From: Tubiluchus corallicola
Taxonomy: Eukaryota > Animalia > Priapulida
NCBI GenBank assembly: GCA_030141605.1
Contig: JAQGDQ010000028.1
Span: 868,001-932,000, forward strand
Direction of reading: 5' to 3'
Length of the DNA stretch: 64,000 nt
Shown: positions 1-10,403 of the stretch, piece by piece
How positions within the stretch are numbered: position 1 is the stretch's first letter
How the letters are laid out: each line of letters opens with the position of its first letter
The notes under the pieces: model-generated
The model's database searches: none
The model's input: only the letters and a program-made list of their open reading frames with translations
What the model was told of the DNA's origin: nothing
Position numbers and translations under genes: made by a program

Positions 1-794
1 GATGCAGGCAATACACGATTTCCAGGAGTAAAGTACTTAAATGGAACGGTAAAAAAATTCATTGACTTTTCGTGGTATTAAAATAATATTATGAAAATTT
101 GGATACTAGTTACCATAATTAAAAAGTGACTAGAGCATTAGAGCCTAGAGCCGGTATTGAAGAGTCAAGCAAAATTAGGTTACCAACATACATAAAATAA
201 CTAATTTTGCATTTTTCAATACGCCAACTATTTATTATTAATTATTATTTATTCGTACATAAAAAAGTACATTAACACAACACAGACACACAGTGCATTA
301 GTAATATTTACAAAATTATGTAATTAGTTACATACTGCATATACATTACACACCAAAAGTAATACATCGAAAAAAAAGCAAAACCAATAAAAAGACAAAA
401 ATGACAATCATTACTTAAAAACACGATAAAATTATGTGTATGCAATTAATTCTTCATGATAAATGTTAAGATTTCATTCAATTCATTAAGCTATAAAAAC
501 AAAAACCTTTTGCTTCTATTGTATTTAAAATATCCATTGCCAGAGATACTTTAGAAATTTGATCCTCAGTAAGTTTGCATTCCTCTATAAATACATGTGA
601 TCGTACAAGCTTTGGCTTCGATATGATTAATGCAAAAACTATATTGTATTTTAGGCATAATAGTTCACATTATTCCCCATACATGATAAAACTGAGTAAA
701 AAAAGAAACCACATTTAAATTACCTAACTTCTCGTATAATTTATACGTATATATATGTATCATATCATATGTGTATCACATATCATGTATAATA

Positions 795-1060
795 TATATA
801 TAGGTTAAAAAGCGGCCCAGAAAATATACCACCGTGTCTTAGGCAGCAATTCCCTTGTAAATGAATCAGAGATAGCTTCCCCATCTGAAGCATAGCTGTG
901 GTTTCTACACCAGTTTTTAAAAACATTCAACAGTGCTATTTGGAAAACCACGAGCCGCGAGTTTGCTCAGCAATTTTTGTGGGTTACGCACTCAAAGCCT
1001 TACTGGCATCTAGAAGGCATGCATGAACAGGAGTGCCATTGTCTACGTATTTGAAGTAAT
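795..1060 (-). mobile_element. Decayed non-LTR retrotransposon RT fragment (RTE-X-like)
   Basis: Manual minus-strand translation gives YVDNGTPVHACLLDASKA..., LSKLAARGFP and LRHGGIFSGPLFNLYI. These match the LINE RT motifs xLDxSKAFD and VRQGGILSPxLFNxY, with frameshifts. Confidence 0.7.
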
Positions 1061-1064
1061 AATG

Positions 1065-1147
1065 GGCTTCAAAATAATAACTGTGTGTTACCAATATTCC
1101 TAATAAGGCTTCAAAATAATAATTATGTGTTACCAATATTCCTAATT
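1065..1147. repeat. ~42-bp tandem duplication
   Basis: ggcttcaaaataataactgtgtgttaccaatattcctaat occurs twice with 2 mismatches. Confidence 0.85.
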
Positions 1148-2092
1148 ATCCTAAGACTAAACTTTTTTAACTTTAGCGGAAAAGATGATAAAACTGGCGT
1201 GAGATGTCAGTTAGTACCTAATTTTTTCAAACTCCATTTTGAAATTGTCAAAAATTATTTTACATTCAATATCGTAAAGCCCAATATGTACTAGTATTTT
1301 GCGTTTTAGTTTTGGCAATGGTTTTCGTAGGTAACAGTGAAAAGTCAAACGATTTGTTTTCGCCGTTATGGTGCACGCTATCTTTACCTTCGTTTAGTGG
1401 AATTCGCCTCAATTTGCCTAATTTTCAAATTAAAAAGCAATTTGCATTTTTCGGTGTGCTGTCAAGTTTAATTTTTCAAGATGTCCATGTAATATTTCGT
1501 GACAACACGCGTTTTCATGCATAATAATGACCGTTAACGAGCAGCCCAGCGAGGGCAGACCCGCGAAAAATGGCTTACGACAACAACGTCCCTTTCTCGA
1601 AATGCACATTGTGTTTTTTTCAGTAATCTATATTAATGCGATGCTCATTTGAAATGCCCCTAGGACACTTTTCCGTCGCAGTTATTATTATTACAATGAT
1701 ATAGATAGATAAACTGCCACCTTGCAAAGACTACCTTGCCTTAGCTTTAATTTAATTTAACTACGACTATACTTGTCACTTACAATCGCAAATGCTGTTT
1801 TGATGGTTTTTAAAATGGCAGCGAATAGAATCTCTAAGCAGCAGTTTTTCGCCCCTGGTGAAAAGTCTGGGCTGAAAAATGAGTAGTAGTTTACTTGGCG
1901 CCACGAAGGTTTGAGTCCATTACAGAGTTATCCCTCGTTTCTCATATTTAGCTCTTATTAGGCCTTGTCATCAGGGCTACTTACCTACCACCTAGTAAAC
2001 CCAGCCGGTATTCGGTATAAATACATAATTGTTAAAATAGACAATTAGAAAGTTAGATACTCACTAATTTGAACACAAAGTAACTTTTGGAA

Positions 2093-2258
2093 GGAGTATA
2101 CAATTCCCCATACAATTTAAATACTCTAACACTAACCATAACCATAACCCTAACCATAAACCAAACCCCAACCCTAACTCTAACCCTAATCAGCTTCATA
2201 TACAGCTTCGTAACCCTAATTGTACTTCATGTACAGGTGGGAATTGTAAACTTAGCCC
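2093..2258. mobile_element. Small inverted-repeat element containing degenerate (TAACCC)n telomere-like repeats
   Basis: Arms agtatacaattccc (2095-2108) and gggaattgtaaact (2239-2252) are reverse complements with 1 mismatch. Internal taaccc/taacca repeats span 2127-2220. Confidence 0.55.
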
Positions 2259-3757
2259 TGAATTTTAATAACTAGTTAAACCCAGTCTTCCGCCTATTCA
2301 GAATACCCGCTGCACTGACCCTGATAATTAGGAATTAGTGCTCCTGGTAATGGTGACCCAAACAGAGCACTATGCACACATAATAAAGTAATGCTTTTAT
2401 TAGTCAGATGTATTATTGTTGCACACCTGCTGCATAGCTCACACATGGTACCCAGTTACAAAAAATATCCGAGCTGCAAAATGCGCTCAAGTCTCCACGA
2501 AAATCAGTTGTGGATCAAGTTCTCAATCCACCCGCTTGCGGGATTACCAAGTGGGCCAGTTGCTGATTCTGCATTAAAAAAAGCTAAGACACAAGTGTCC
2601 AAATTACCAACAGCAACTGCGCTGGCTCCACTGTCTTTTTAAAGCCAAGATTACCAAGTCTTTATGATACTGATACTAATTGTCTGAGAAAAAATTAATT
2701 TATGTCAGTGCTAAGCGCCTATGTTTCTAATTGTTTAGTATTTAGATGAGTGGAAGAATAGCTGAGCAAATAAATCAACATAAGTGGTTGAAATATGAAG
2801 CATTAAACTTTGTATGTTGCGTTTTTTAAATCCCCTACGTTTTTGGATTTTTAAATATCAACGTTTACATAATTTCGAGTTGTCACGTAATTACTCTGCT
2901 GCCAACTTGAGCAATGTCAGATATGAATGTTTACGGATGGGCGATTGCTTAGAAACTGGTTCAAGTATTTTCACTTGCCCCTCTTGTTTCATTGGCAGAT
3001 ATAATATACACACATTACATTCGAACGTGCCTCTGCTTGTTTAGTACCTCATCTTGGGAAATTGTGATTAACGATGAGAAAGGTTTCGGTCCTGCTCACC
3101 TCCTTGTACTTTTTTAGTCTACTTCCCTGAAAGGCCATCAGTCTTCTCTTGGAGGATCTTTTTTTAAAAAACTATGTATATAAAATACTTTTATATAAAC
3201 TGTCTTGTAATAAAATGGTAGACAGCATGTCAAATATCAACACCTCAGTTTTCTCTGAAAATTTAATATATAAATGTATATTCGCGCTTAAAAAATAATT
3301 ATAGGAAAACTTGGTGCATCTTGAAAATGTTTACGATACTTGCGAGAGGTCAGAGAATTTCAGCAACTGAACATCAGTGGGGGTTAATTATAAATACTAA
3401 TATTAGTTTTCTGGCATTGAAAGAAGCAATTTAAGAAATTGGCTAAATTACCTCTTTAACTCGCCTCACTGGCTATATGAACCCAAATACACTAACTCTT
3501 TGTGCTAATTTAAATCCTGGAATAATGAGATATGTCCCTCAATGGCTTTCTAAAGCCTAAAGGAATTGGCCAAAGTTCTTAAACAATTTTTTCACGCCTT
3601 TGTAGGCAGCCGGGCCCATAATACCGCGTGCTCATTACGGTCCTTAAGCCATTTATTTCTTGACCAATGGCGATTCATTATAGGCTTTTGATGTCTGAAT
3701 ATTGACCATGGCTAGGTCGCGTTCGCACCTTAGACAAAGACAGTTGTTCCGCGACTG

Positions 3758-4756
3758 TTCTAAATAAGTTCATTAATAATGGCTAAATTATAGACTTGAG
3801 CAGGGACTTCATACTGCCCACAGGCCAAGCAAAACTCGGACATTCTACGGACGTTCGAAACTTGCTAGAAGTGGAATTTCGGTTGTTAATGACAAATGGT
3901 GTAAGAAGGTCGTATAACTAAGTCACTTTTATAATTTTAAGTTGGAGAAAACATATTTGCCATTTTAAACAACTAAGCGGCTCGAACAGATTATAAACTT
4001 AAATTTCATGCGGTGCAAATATGTAGGCTTATGTCGTGATAGTTAATGTGCCGGAATAGCTTCAAGACCTTAAGAATTGGAAAGAAGAGCAAAGGGCAAA
4101 GTATAAGAGGGAAATGATAGGAGACGGGAAAGGCTAAAAAGGGGAGGAGAAGAGGAGAGAAAAGGAAAGGAGACAAAAAGGGGGGAAGGCGAATGGAGAG
4201 GGGAGGATATAGGAAAGTGATAAAAGCAAAGATAAGGAAAGGGAGAGTAGAAAACAAAAAAAGGCGAAGGGAAGAAAATGCACCGATGGGAAAGAGTTGG
4301 GGAAGAAGAGAAAATAATAAGATATGGAAAGCGAGAAAAAAGAAAGAAAAAATAGGAAGAAAAAACATGCGAACAGAAGCAAAGGAAGAGGAGAGGCGAT
4401 GAAAATACATAGGCCTCTATTACTCAACGATCAACTAATCTCAGCTCATCTTCAACTAATTAGCCGTCACGTAAACTATTGTTTATACGGTACGTACGTA
4501 ACATAAGCCTTTAGGTTTGTTTTATTTTGTTTATGCTCAGTTTAATTTCTCGTGTTGACTAATTGATTATAGGAGATGCCTTGATGTTTTTCAATACGGT
4601 TTTGCAAAAAAGCAAGCAAAGCTCAACTTTTGTGGTAACTATTGTGTACATTTATGGTTTAGTTATACAGCGTATACACTCAATTAGTGAATTAAGTACT
4701 ATTAAACAAGTGAACGGTACGATAAGTAAGATTTTTTTATCTATGATTATACAAAG
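3758..4756. repeat. Local duplication, copy 1 (paralogous to 7728-8360)
   Basis: Collinear shared blocks: ttctaaataagttcatta.aaatggctaaattatagacttga, a purine-rich tract, tactcaa.gatcaa..aatctca...tcttcaactaattag, and ttgtgtacatttatg.tttagttata...aagatttttt.at.gattat. Confidence 0.8.
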
Positions 4757-6293
4757 CACCCCACAGGTACGCATAACGACACGGTTTTCAAACTGACTTT
4801 AAAATAGCTATTTTGTTTAGCAGCGAAATTAGATTATATTAAAGACAAACTGCGTTATATGCAGGAAACTATCCAACCTCTTTGTATGAAGGTTACGCTT
4901 TAGTCCCATTTTGTCTAGTTAAAAGTTTCCCTAATTGCTACAAGCTTAAATTCAGGAACTTCAAGATGGTAAGTGTAATTATTTGTTTCATGCCTTGAGG
5001 ACTAATACCAAGTACATCAAGAGGCGCATGTCATCATCATGTGTACTTCAGGATCAACCGCCTTCAAGCCACAAAATTATTCTTTTTCACCCATCTATAG
5101 TTCATAGTACATGTAAATATGTTCGTGCATGTTTCTACAAAAGTGGCATTTTTGTTCTTTTTCCACAAAACTTATAATAAAAGTGAGATCTGAAAAATGG
5201 GACCACAAGAGATGGGGTAGTATATAGGGATAGTTTCACGGGATGCCCACGTTTTGCCGCAACAAGTGTTTTCCGCACCTGCCCACCTTGTACGTGAAAC
5301 ACCTCTGCGGTATTGACACACGATGAGGTGAGGCTCTTTATAGGGCGCGTCCACTAGGTGAACGATTTTGAGCTCAAGTTCAAGTAAGATTTCCGGCACT
5401 TTTCACTGGGAATGTAATTTGATATGTAAATTCTATCTGTTAATATTACCATCACTAAAGAAGCAATAAGAATTTGAACACTATGCAGAATGCTCGTGTA
5501 TTATTATTCATTGGTGGCTGTATCTAATATAGTTTGTTATTTTACGCAGTTTTACATTGGGCAAAATGTTTTTATTGGGTTTAGCTACACTGCTGTGTTG
5601 CTGTTGATGATATTGTAGTCGTTGTTGCAGCGTGGTGAAGTAAGGCATGATATAGTGTGCATTTCAGGCAGCAGTGGGTTAGTGTGGTTTGATGTGGTGT
5701 GGTGAGATGTGGTATCATCTGCATTGTTGTGCAGTTGGTTTGTACAAATATCTTTTGCAAGGTTTGATTAGTGTAATTTGATTTGTACATTTAGACAGCG
5801 TACATTTACCTCAATGCATGCGTGAGTGGCAATGTACATGAGATGAACATGCACAAGTGCATCCTAGGAGGACGGAATATAATGAAAGGTACGTGGTACG
5901 TATTTTATCTTTAGGCCTTTAGGTATTTCAGGACTCTGAAGATCATTGAGATGTATTCATTGAGTGTGTCTTTTTGGTTGTTATGCATGCATTACCGGCG
6001 TTTTAGATGTCTGTAAGCAGGTTAAAATGTGTACTGGATGTTGTTTGATAGAGAGTTATGGGTAACAGTGGAACTGTGTGGAACTACACAGCACAGCGGG
6101 CTGCTGAATACAATCATTATTAACAAGCATGGGCATCATAACAAGTCTAGGGAAGCTTGAACTGCGAAACAGGAATATTTCCATTATAATGATTTATTAC
6201 AGAAAGATTTCATAATGAGTAAACCATAATAACTAATATTTTTTGTTGTACAATTTGTTTATTAATAGAGTTGACCAAAATTAAATACATGTT

Positions 6294-6326
6294 TCAGTTT
6301 ATACACCTGAGCGCAATGACTTGCAC
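6294..6326 (-). CDS. Kunitz-LDLa-Kunitz gene, putative terminal exon 5 (VQVIALRCIN*)
   Basis: Strong acceptor tcctttttctatag, phase 0, compatible with donor GG|GTGGGT at 6721. TGA at 6294-6296. AATAAA on the minus strand at 6258-6263. Confidence 0.45.
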   Translation of the reverse strand: MQVIALRCIN

Positions 6327-6721
6327 CTATAGAAAAAGGAGGAGATTTATGTAAATTTTGTGAAGCGGAGGATGACGAATTCCACTATTCATAATAAGAC
6401 ATAAGATGATATTGCTAGATACCGTAGTTAATAAGGAATACATAAATATTGATGTTAAAATAAACATTGAAAAACTATTGCAAAAGCCGAGCACTGCTTT
6501 TATAAAATAAGCAGAATTTTTTAGAAAAATCACATAGCTAGTTTACCGTTATATGGCAAAAATTTTGAGATTAGAAAATTTTGGGCTAGGAAGTACTAAT
6601 AAGATGGTTAATAAGATTAATAAGTTACTGCAAAATTATAGAAGTACAAACAAAATTACCGAAGGTTTGTTTAGAGACTAGAGTATACACTATAACCTCA
6701 TACTTGAACCTGCCCACCCAC

Positions 6722-6897
6722 CCCTGACATACATTTTTCTTTACACTCTTGTTCTGACTTAAATCTATTTGCATTTCCTCTGCAGCCTCCATAATTGAAC
6801 TCTTCGCAGTTCCCCGTCTCCGTGGAGTAGTACCAACTCGGATTGCTAGCTTTACAGGGTCCACTTATTTTTGGTAGCTTGCAAGTAATGTCGGCAC
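6722..6897 (-). CDS. Kunitz-LDLa-Kunitz gene exon 4: canonical BPTI/Kunitz domain (P1 Lys)
   Basis: Acceptor ttttatag. Translation ADITCKLPKISGPCKASNPSWYYSTETGNCEEFNYGGCRGNANRFKSEQECKEKCMSG has the C-x8-C-x15-C-x7-C-x12-C-x3-C spacing plus YGGC and GNANRF. If unspliced it stops at 6698-6700. Confidence 0.9.
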
Positions 6898-7507
6898 CTA
6901 TAAAATGGTAATCGTCAAATGTTGCTGAAAAATTTGGAAAAATTGAATGGTTAAACTAGTAGAAAACTACTAGCTTTGAACATTCCAAGTTGATAATAAA
7001 CAGCGGCAGCCAGTCTGCACAAACGAGGTTGATGCTTTTGGTCTTTCAAGGCTATCACAGTAAATCACCACTGATAACCTTTCTTACCTATCTGTCTAAA
7101 AGCACGCCATTTCCCTCACACTGGGGCTGAAATATTTGCATAAATGGCTTCACGAGCATACGTATGACATGCACACTAGAACAAGTGAAAATAGAAATGA
7201 AAATAGGGTACACCATAGCTGTGTTGTAGTCTGGCTTTCTTAATTTTGCAGGGTAGACAAATTTTACAAACTTTGCATTAAAATTCCTCCCCAGCCCTTT
7301 CCAGTTGTAATAAATAACTAGATATAGCTTAGGTTTATGGCTCCAATCAAGCGATATAGAGCTCGTACTGTACAATATTTAGAAGTAAATTTACGTGTTA
7401 GGCTATCAAATGTTAGGTACGTGAACCTAATGTCAAAAAAGCAAAGCAAATGAGGTCCTAGGCTCCAGACTGTTTTAGCGGCCTATCAATATAGGATGAT
7501 CCCTCAG

Positions 7508-7682
7508 ACCCTGACATACATTTTCGTTTACACTGCTTTTCAGTATCAAATCTGTTTGCATTTCCTGCGCAACCTACATATATAAATTTTTCACATTTCT
7601 CCGTCTTCGTGGCGTAGTACGACATCTGAAAACCGCCCTACACGACCCAACTTTTCTGGTAGATTGCATATGTCCTTGGCGT
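7508..7682 (-). pseudogene. Frameshifted duplicate Kunitz pseudo-exon
   Basis: Same ttttatag acceptor as exon 4. Reads DAKDICNLPE/VGSCRAVFRC/YYATKTEKCEKFIYVGCAGNANRFDTEKQCKRKCMSG only with two 1-nt frameshifts; the uncorrected frame hits TGA. Confidence 0.8.
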
Positions 7683-7727
7683 CTATAAAATGATTGGCGA
7701 CATTTGAAGCATTATTGGTAAATTTTC

Positions 7728-8360
7728 TTCTAAATAAGTTCATTAAAAATGGCTAAATTATAGACTTGACTAGTGACTTCATCCTGCCCACAAGCCAAAT
7801 TCGGACATTCTTAAATTAAGTTAGAAACTTGCTAGGAAGGGAATTTAAGTTATTAAAGACGAATAAAAAACTTAGTGTGGAAAGTCGAATAACCAAGTCA
7901 ATTTTACAGCACTAGAGTTGGGGGGAAAAGAGAAAATAAAAGGATGAAGAAAGTGGGGGAAAACAAAGGAAAGGGATGGGAAGAGGAAAAAGAAAGAAAA
8001 ACGAGAGAAAAGAAGCAAAAGAATAGGAAAGGAGATGAAAACACGTATACTCAATGATCAACCAATCTCATCTCATCTCATCTGACCTCATCTTCAACTA
8101 ATTAGACATCACAATAATTTTTGTTTATACGTAACATAAACCATTAGGTTTTTATCTTGCTTATGATAAAAGATGTGCATTGATCTTAAAATTTTTCAAT
8201 AGTGTTTTCCGAAAAAAGCACAGTTTAACTTTCTTCGTAACCTTTGTGTACATTTATGATTTAGTTATAAGTGTATATACGCAGTTAGAGAATTTCAGTA
8301 CTACTAAACAAGAGAACGGTGAGATAATTAAGATTTTTTTATTGATTATTATCCAAAATA
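7728..8360. repeat. Local duplication, copy 2 (intron 3 of the Kunitz gene; paralogous to 3758-4756)
   Basis: Same collinear blocks as listed for copy 1. Confidence 0.8.
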
Positions 8361-9018
8361 TAGCCACATATATAATCTATCTTCTGAAAGTATTGTTTTT
8401 ACGATACAAAACTCGTACATTGTTTTTTTTGTTTAAAAACCAGTATCCCTATTAACAATAAGTTTTGTCCAAAAAAACTGAAACAGGATAACAAGTACTT
8501 ACTTTGTACAGTCGTATATGATCAATGTAACGATAAAAAACCAAAATTTGACATGTGTAAAACATTGCATTTGAAAGCCTAAGAGTTGAAAGGTACAGCA
8601 CCTGGTTTTTATTCAAATGCAGGTACTAGTGTCCACCTAACTAGCGAATGTAACAGCCAAAAACTAGTGGAACAAATGCAAAATTGCTGTAGTAATAATA
8701 TTTTCAGGTGAGCTATTATTGAAAAAAATTATGTTCAATTTCAATATATAGATTAGAATTATAATATAAGACTGGGTGCAATTTTCTATTAGCAGCAGGC
8801 TCTGAATTCTAGTTTAGAATGTGCATGAAAAAAAGTAAAAAATTGTTTACAAACCCTTTAGCCGTTACACAAAACCAGTGTTTGAAGATATTGGAAAGAT
8901 TAGTGTTTTTACTACTATGGGCAGTCACGGCACTGTAAGATATTAAACACGTTTGTGTGAGCAGCTACAGTTTTATACTGTTCGTTCTGAAGCACGTAAG
9001 TATAACTAAGATACTTAC

Positions 9019-9165
9019 TGCATTTGGCTTCATCACGTCCATTTGAGCAGTCGAATTTGCCGTCGCATAGCAAGTTCTTTGAAATGCAATTTGCTGATGG
9101 GTCACCAACCCAGTAGCGAGGCATCTTACAGTCAAATTGATCTGAACCACATGTGTATGACGAAC
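9019..9165 (-). CDS. Kunitz-LDLa-Kunitz gene exon 3: LDL-receptor class A domain
   Basis: tttag acceptor and gtaagt donor, 147 nt, phase 1-1. SSYTCGSDQFDCKMPRYWVGDPSANCISKNLLCDGKFDCSNGRDEAKC has 6 Cys and the CDGxxDCxxGxDE motif. Confidence 0.9.
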
Positions 9166-10014
9166 CTAAAATTGCACAAAGGAAAAATAAACAGAAGTAA
9201 TTAATTTAGGTTTACATAAAAAAGCCAATAGTGGTAGGCAGGGCTGGACTATGATCTTTTGGAGCTTACGAGAATAATGAAATGGTCTTCCTGTCTTGAA
9301 TAGCTTTTACTGGTAATATATTATAACAACAATTGAAGATCTTAAAGTAAGGTTATTGCAAATTCTTTGATTGCACTAGAATGACTTTTACTTGTCAACA
9401 AAAATATTCTTTAAGAAGTACCGCTATTTTGCTATTTATTGTGCATATTTCAACATAATCGCAGTGAAATGCTGGAGCCCCTCACCAAAACTTGTATTAG
9501 GAATCCTAACTGCAGCTTATATACTAGCCTATAAAATAATCTCGACCTTGCAAGTGGAGACAGAACTATAAAAAAATAATCAACTACAGAACAAATGTAT
9601 TTCATAACGAATTTGGACTAACAAAACTGTAACCAGTCTTTTCATGCCGTTACAGATATATGTAATAGAAATCTGTATCAGTTTGTGCGTAGTCATAGTG
9701 TCGTAGCTTGGTGACCAAAGCTGAGTAATGCCAAGCAATGTATTAAATCCTTAGTGAGCAGCTACAGTTTCTTTTGAACTTACGGTATTTAAGAAAAATG
9801 TGCTGCTGCTAGAATTTGTGAATGGAGATTTTTAGTTTAGATTTAGATTTAGTTTAGATTTTTAGCCTTATTTTTAGTCCTTGTGTCCATCTTGCATTAT
9901 ATGAGTGAAAAGGGACACAACTTAGGTTTTAAAAAATACGTTTTACAATCAGTTACTTTGATATCGAGGATACATTTACGAAGCTTGGTTAGATAACATT
10001 ACTCCTATATAGCA

Positions 10015-10090
10015 CGACCATTACCAGAACTACCCCCAGCATATTCCCGATCTCTAGAAATAAGAGGTATATGTTTTGCAAAAACGGGCG

Positions 10091-10137
<47 letters not shown>

Positions 10138-10277
10138 ATTGAGGCTACAGCTTCTATGACGGCACCATTCACAGCGATCAATATATCAAACAAAAGGTCT
10201 CTATCCCGTCCTGGGTTTTGTTTTCGAAAACATATACCTCTTATTTCTAGAGATCGGGAATGTGCTGGTAATGGTCG
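10015..10277. mobile_element. MITE-like inverted repeat enclosing (TA)n
   Basis: Left arm cgaccattaccag...agcatattcccgatctctagaaataagaggtatatgtttt is mirrored by aaaacatatacctcttatttctagagatcgggaatgtgctggtaatggtcg. (TA)n at ~10095-10132. Confidence 0.75.
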
Positions 10278-10403
10278 GATAGCCCGTTCTACCGACACTG
10301 TATTGTTTTTAAAAAACAATTATGACATAAAAATAGGCTAAAAAAATCGTTACATTTTAAGTATCAGAAAATACCAACTTTCGCTTGACATTTTAAGAAA
10401 TTA

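Noticed and set aside
1900-1978. Minus-strand CTGATGA...GAAAC...GTA resembling a hammerhead ribozyme core
   Set aside because: Stems I and II cannot be paired. Other CTGANGA sites checked (e.g. 41871, 57561, 34302) also lack the core geometry.
3650-3759. Possible extra minus-strand exon (EQSRNNCLCLRCERDL...) after the duplicated acceptor-like tatttag
   Set aside because: No domain similarity, and it lies beyond the predicted poly(A) signal.
5172-5399. GC-richer 75-aa minus-strand ORF with CCG
   Set aside because: No recognisable domain or convincing splice sites.
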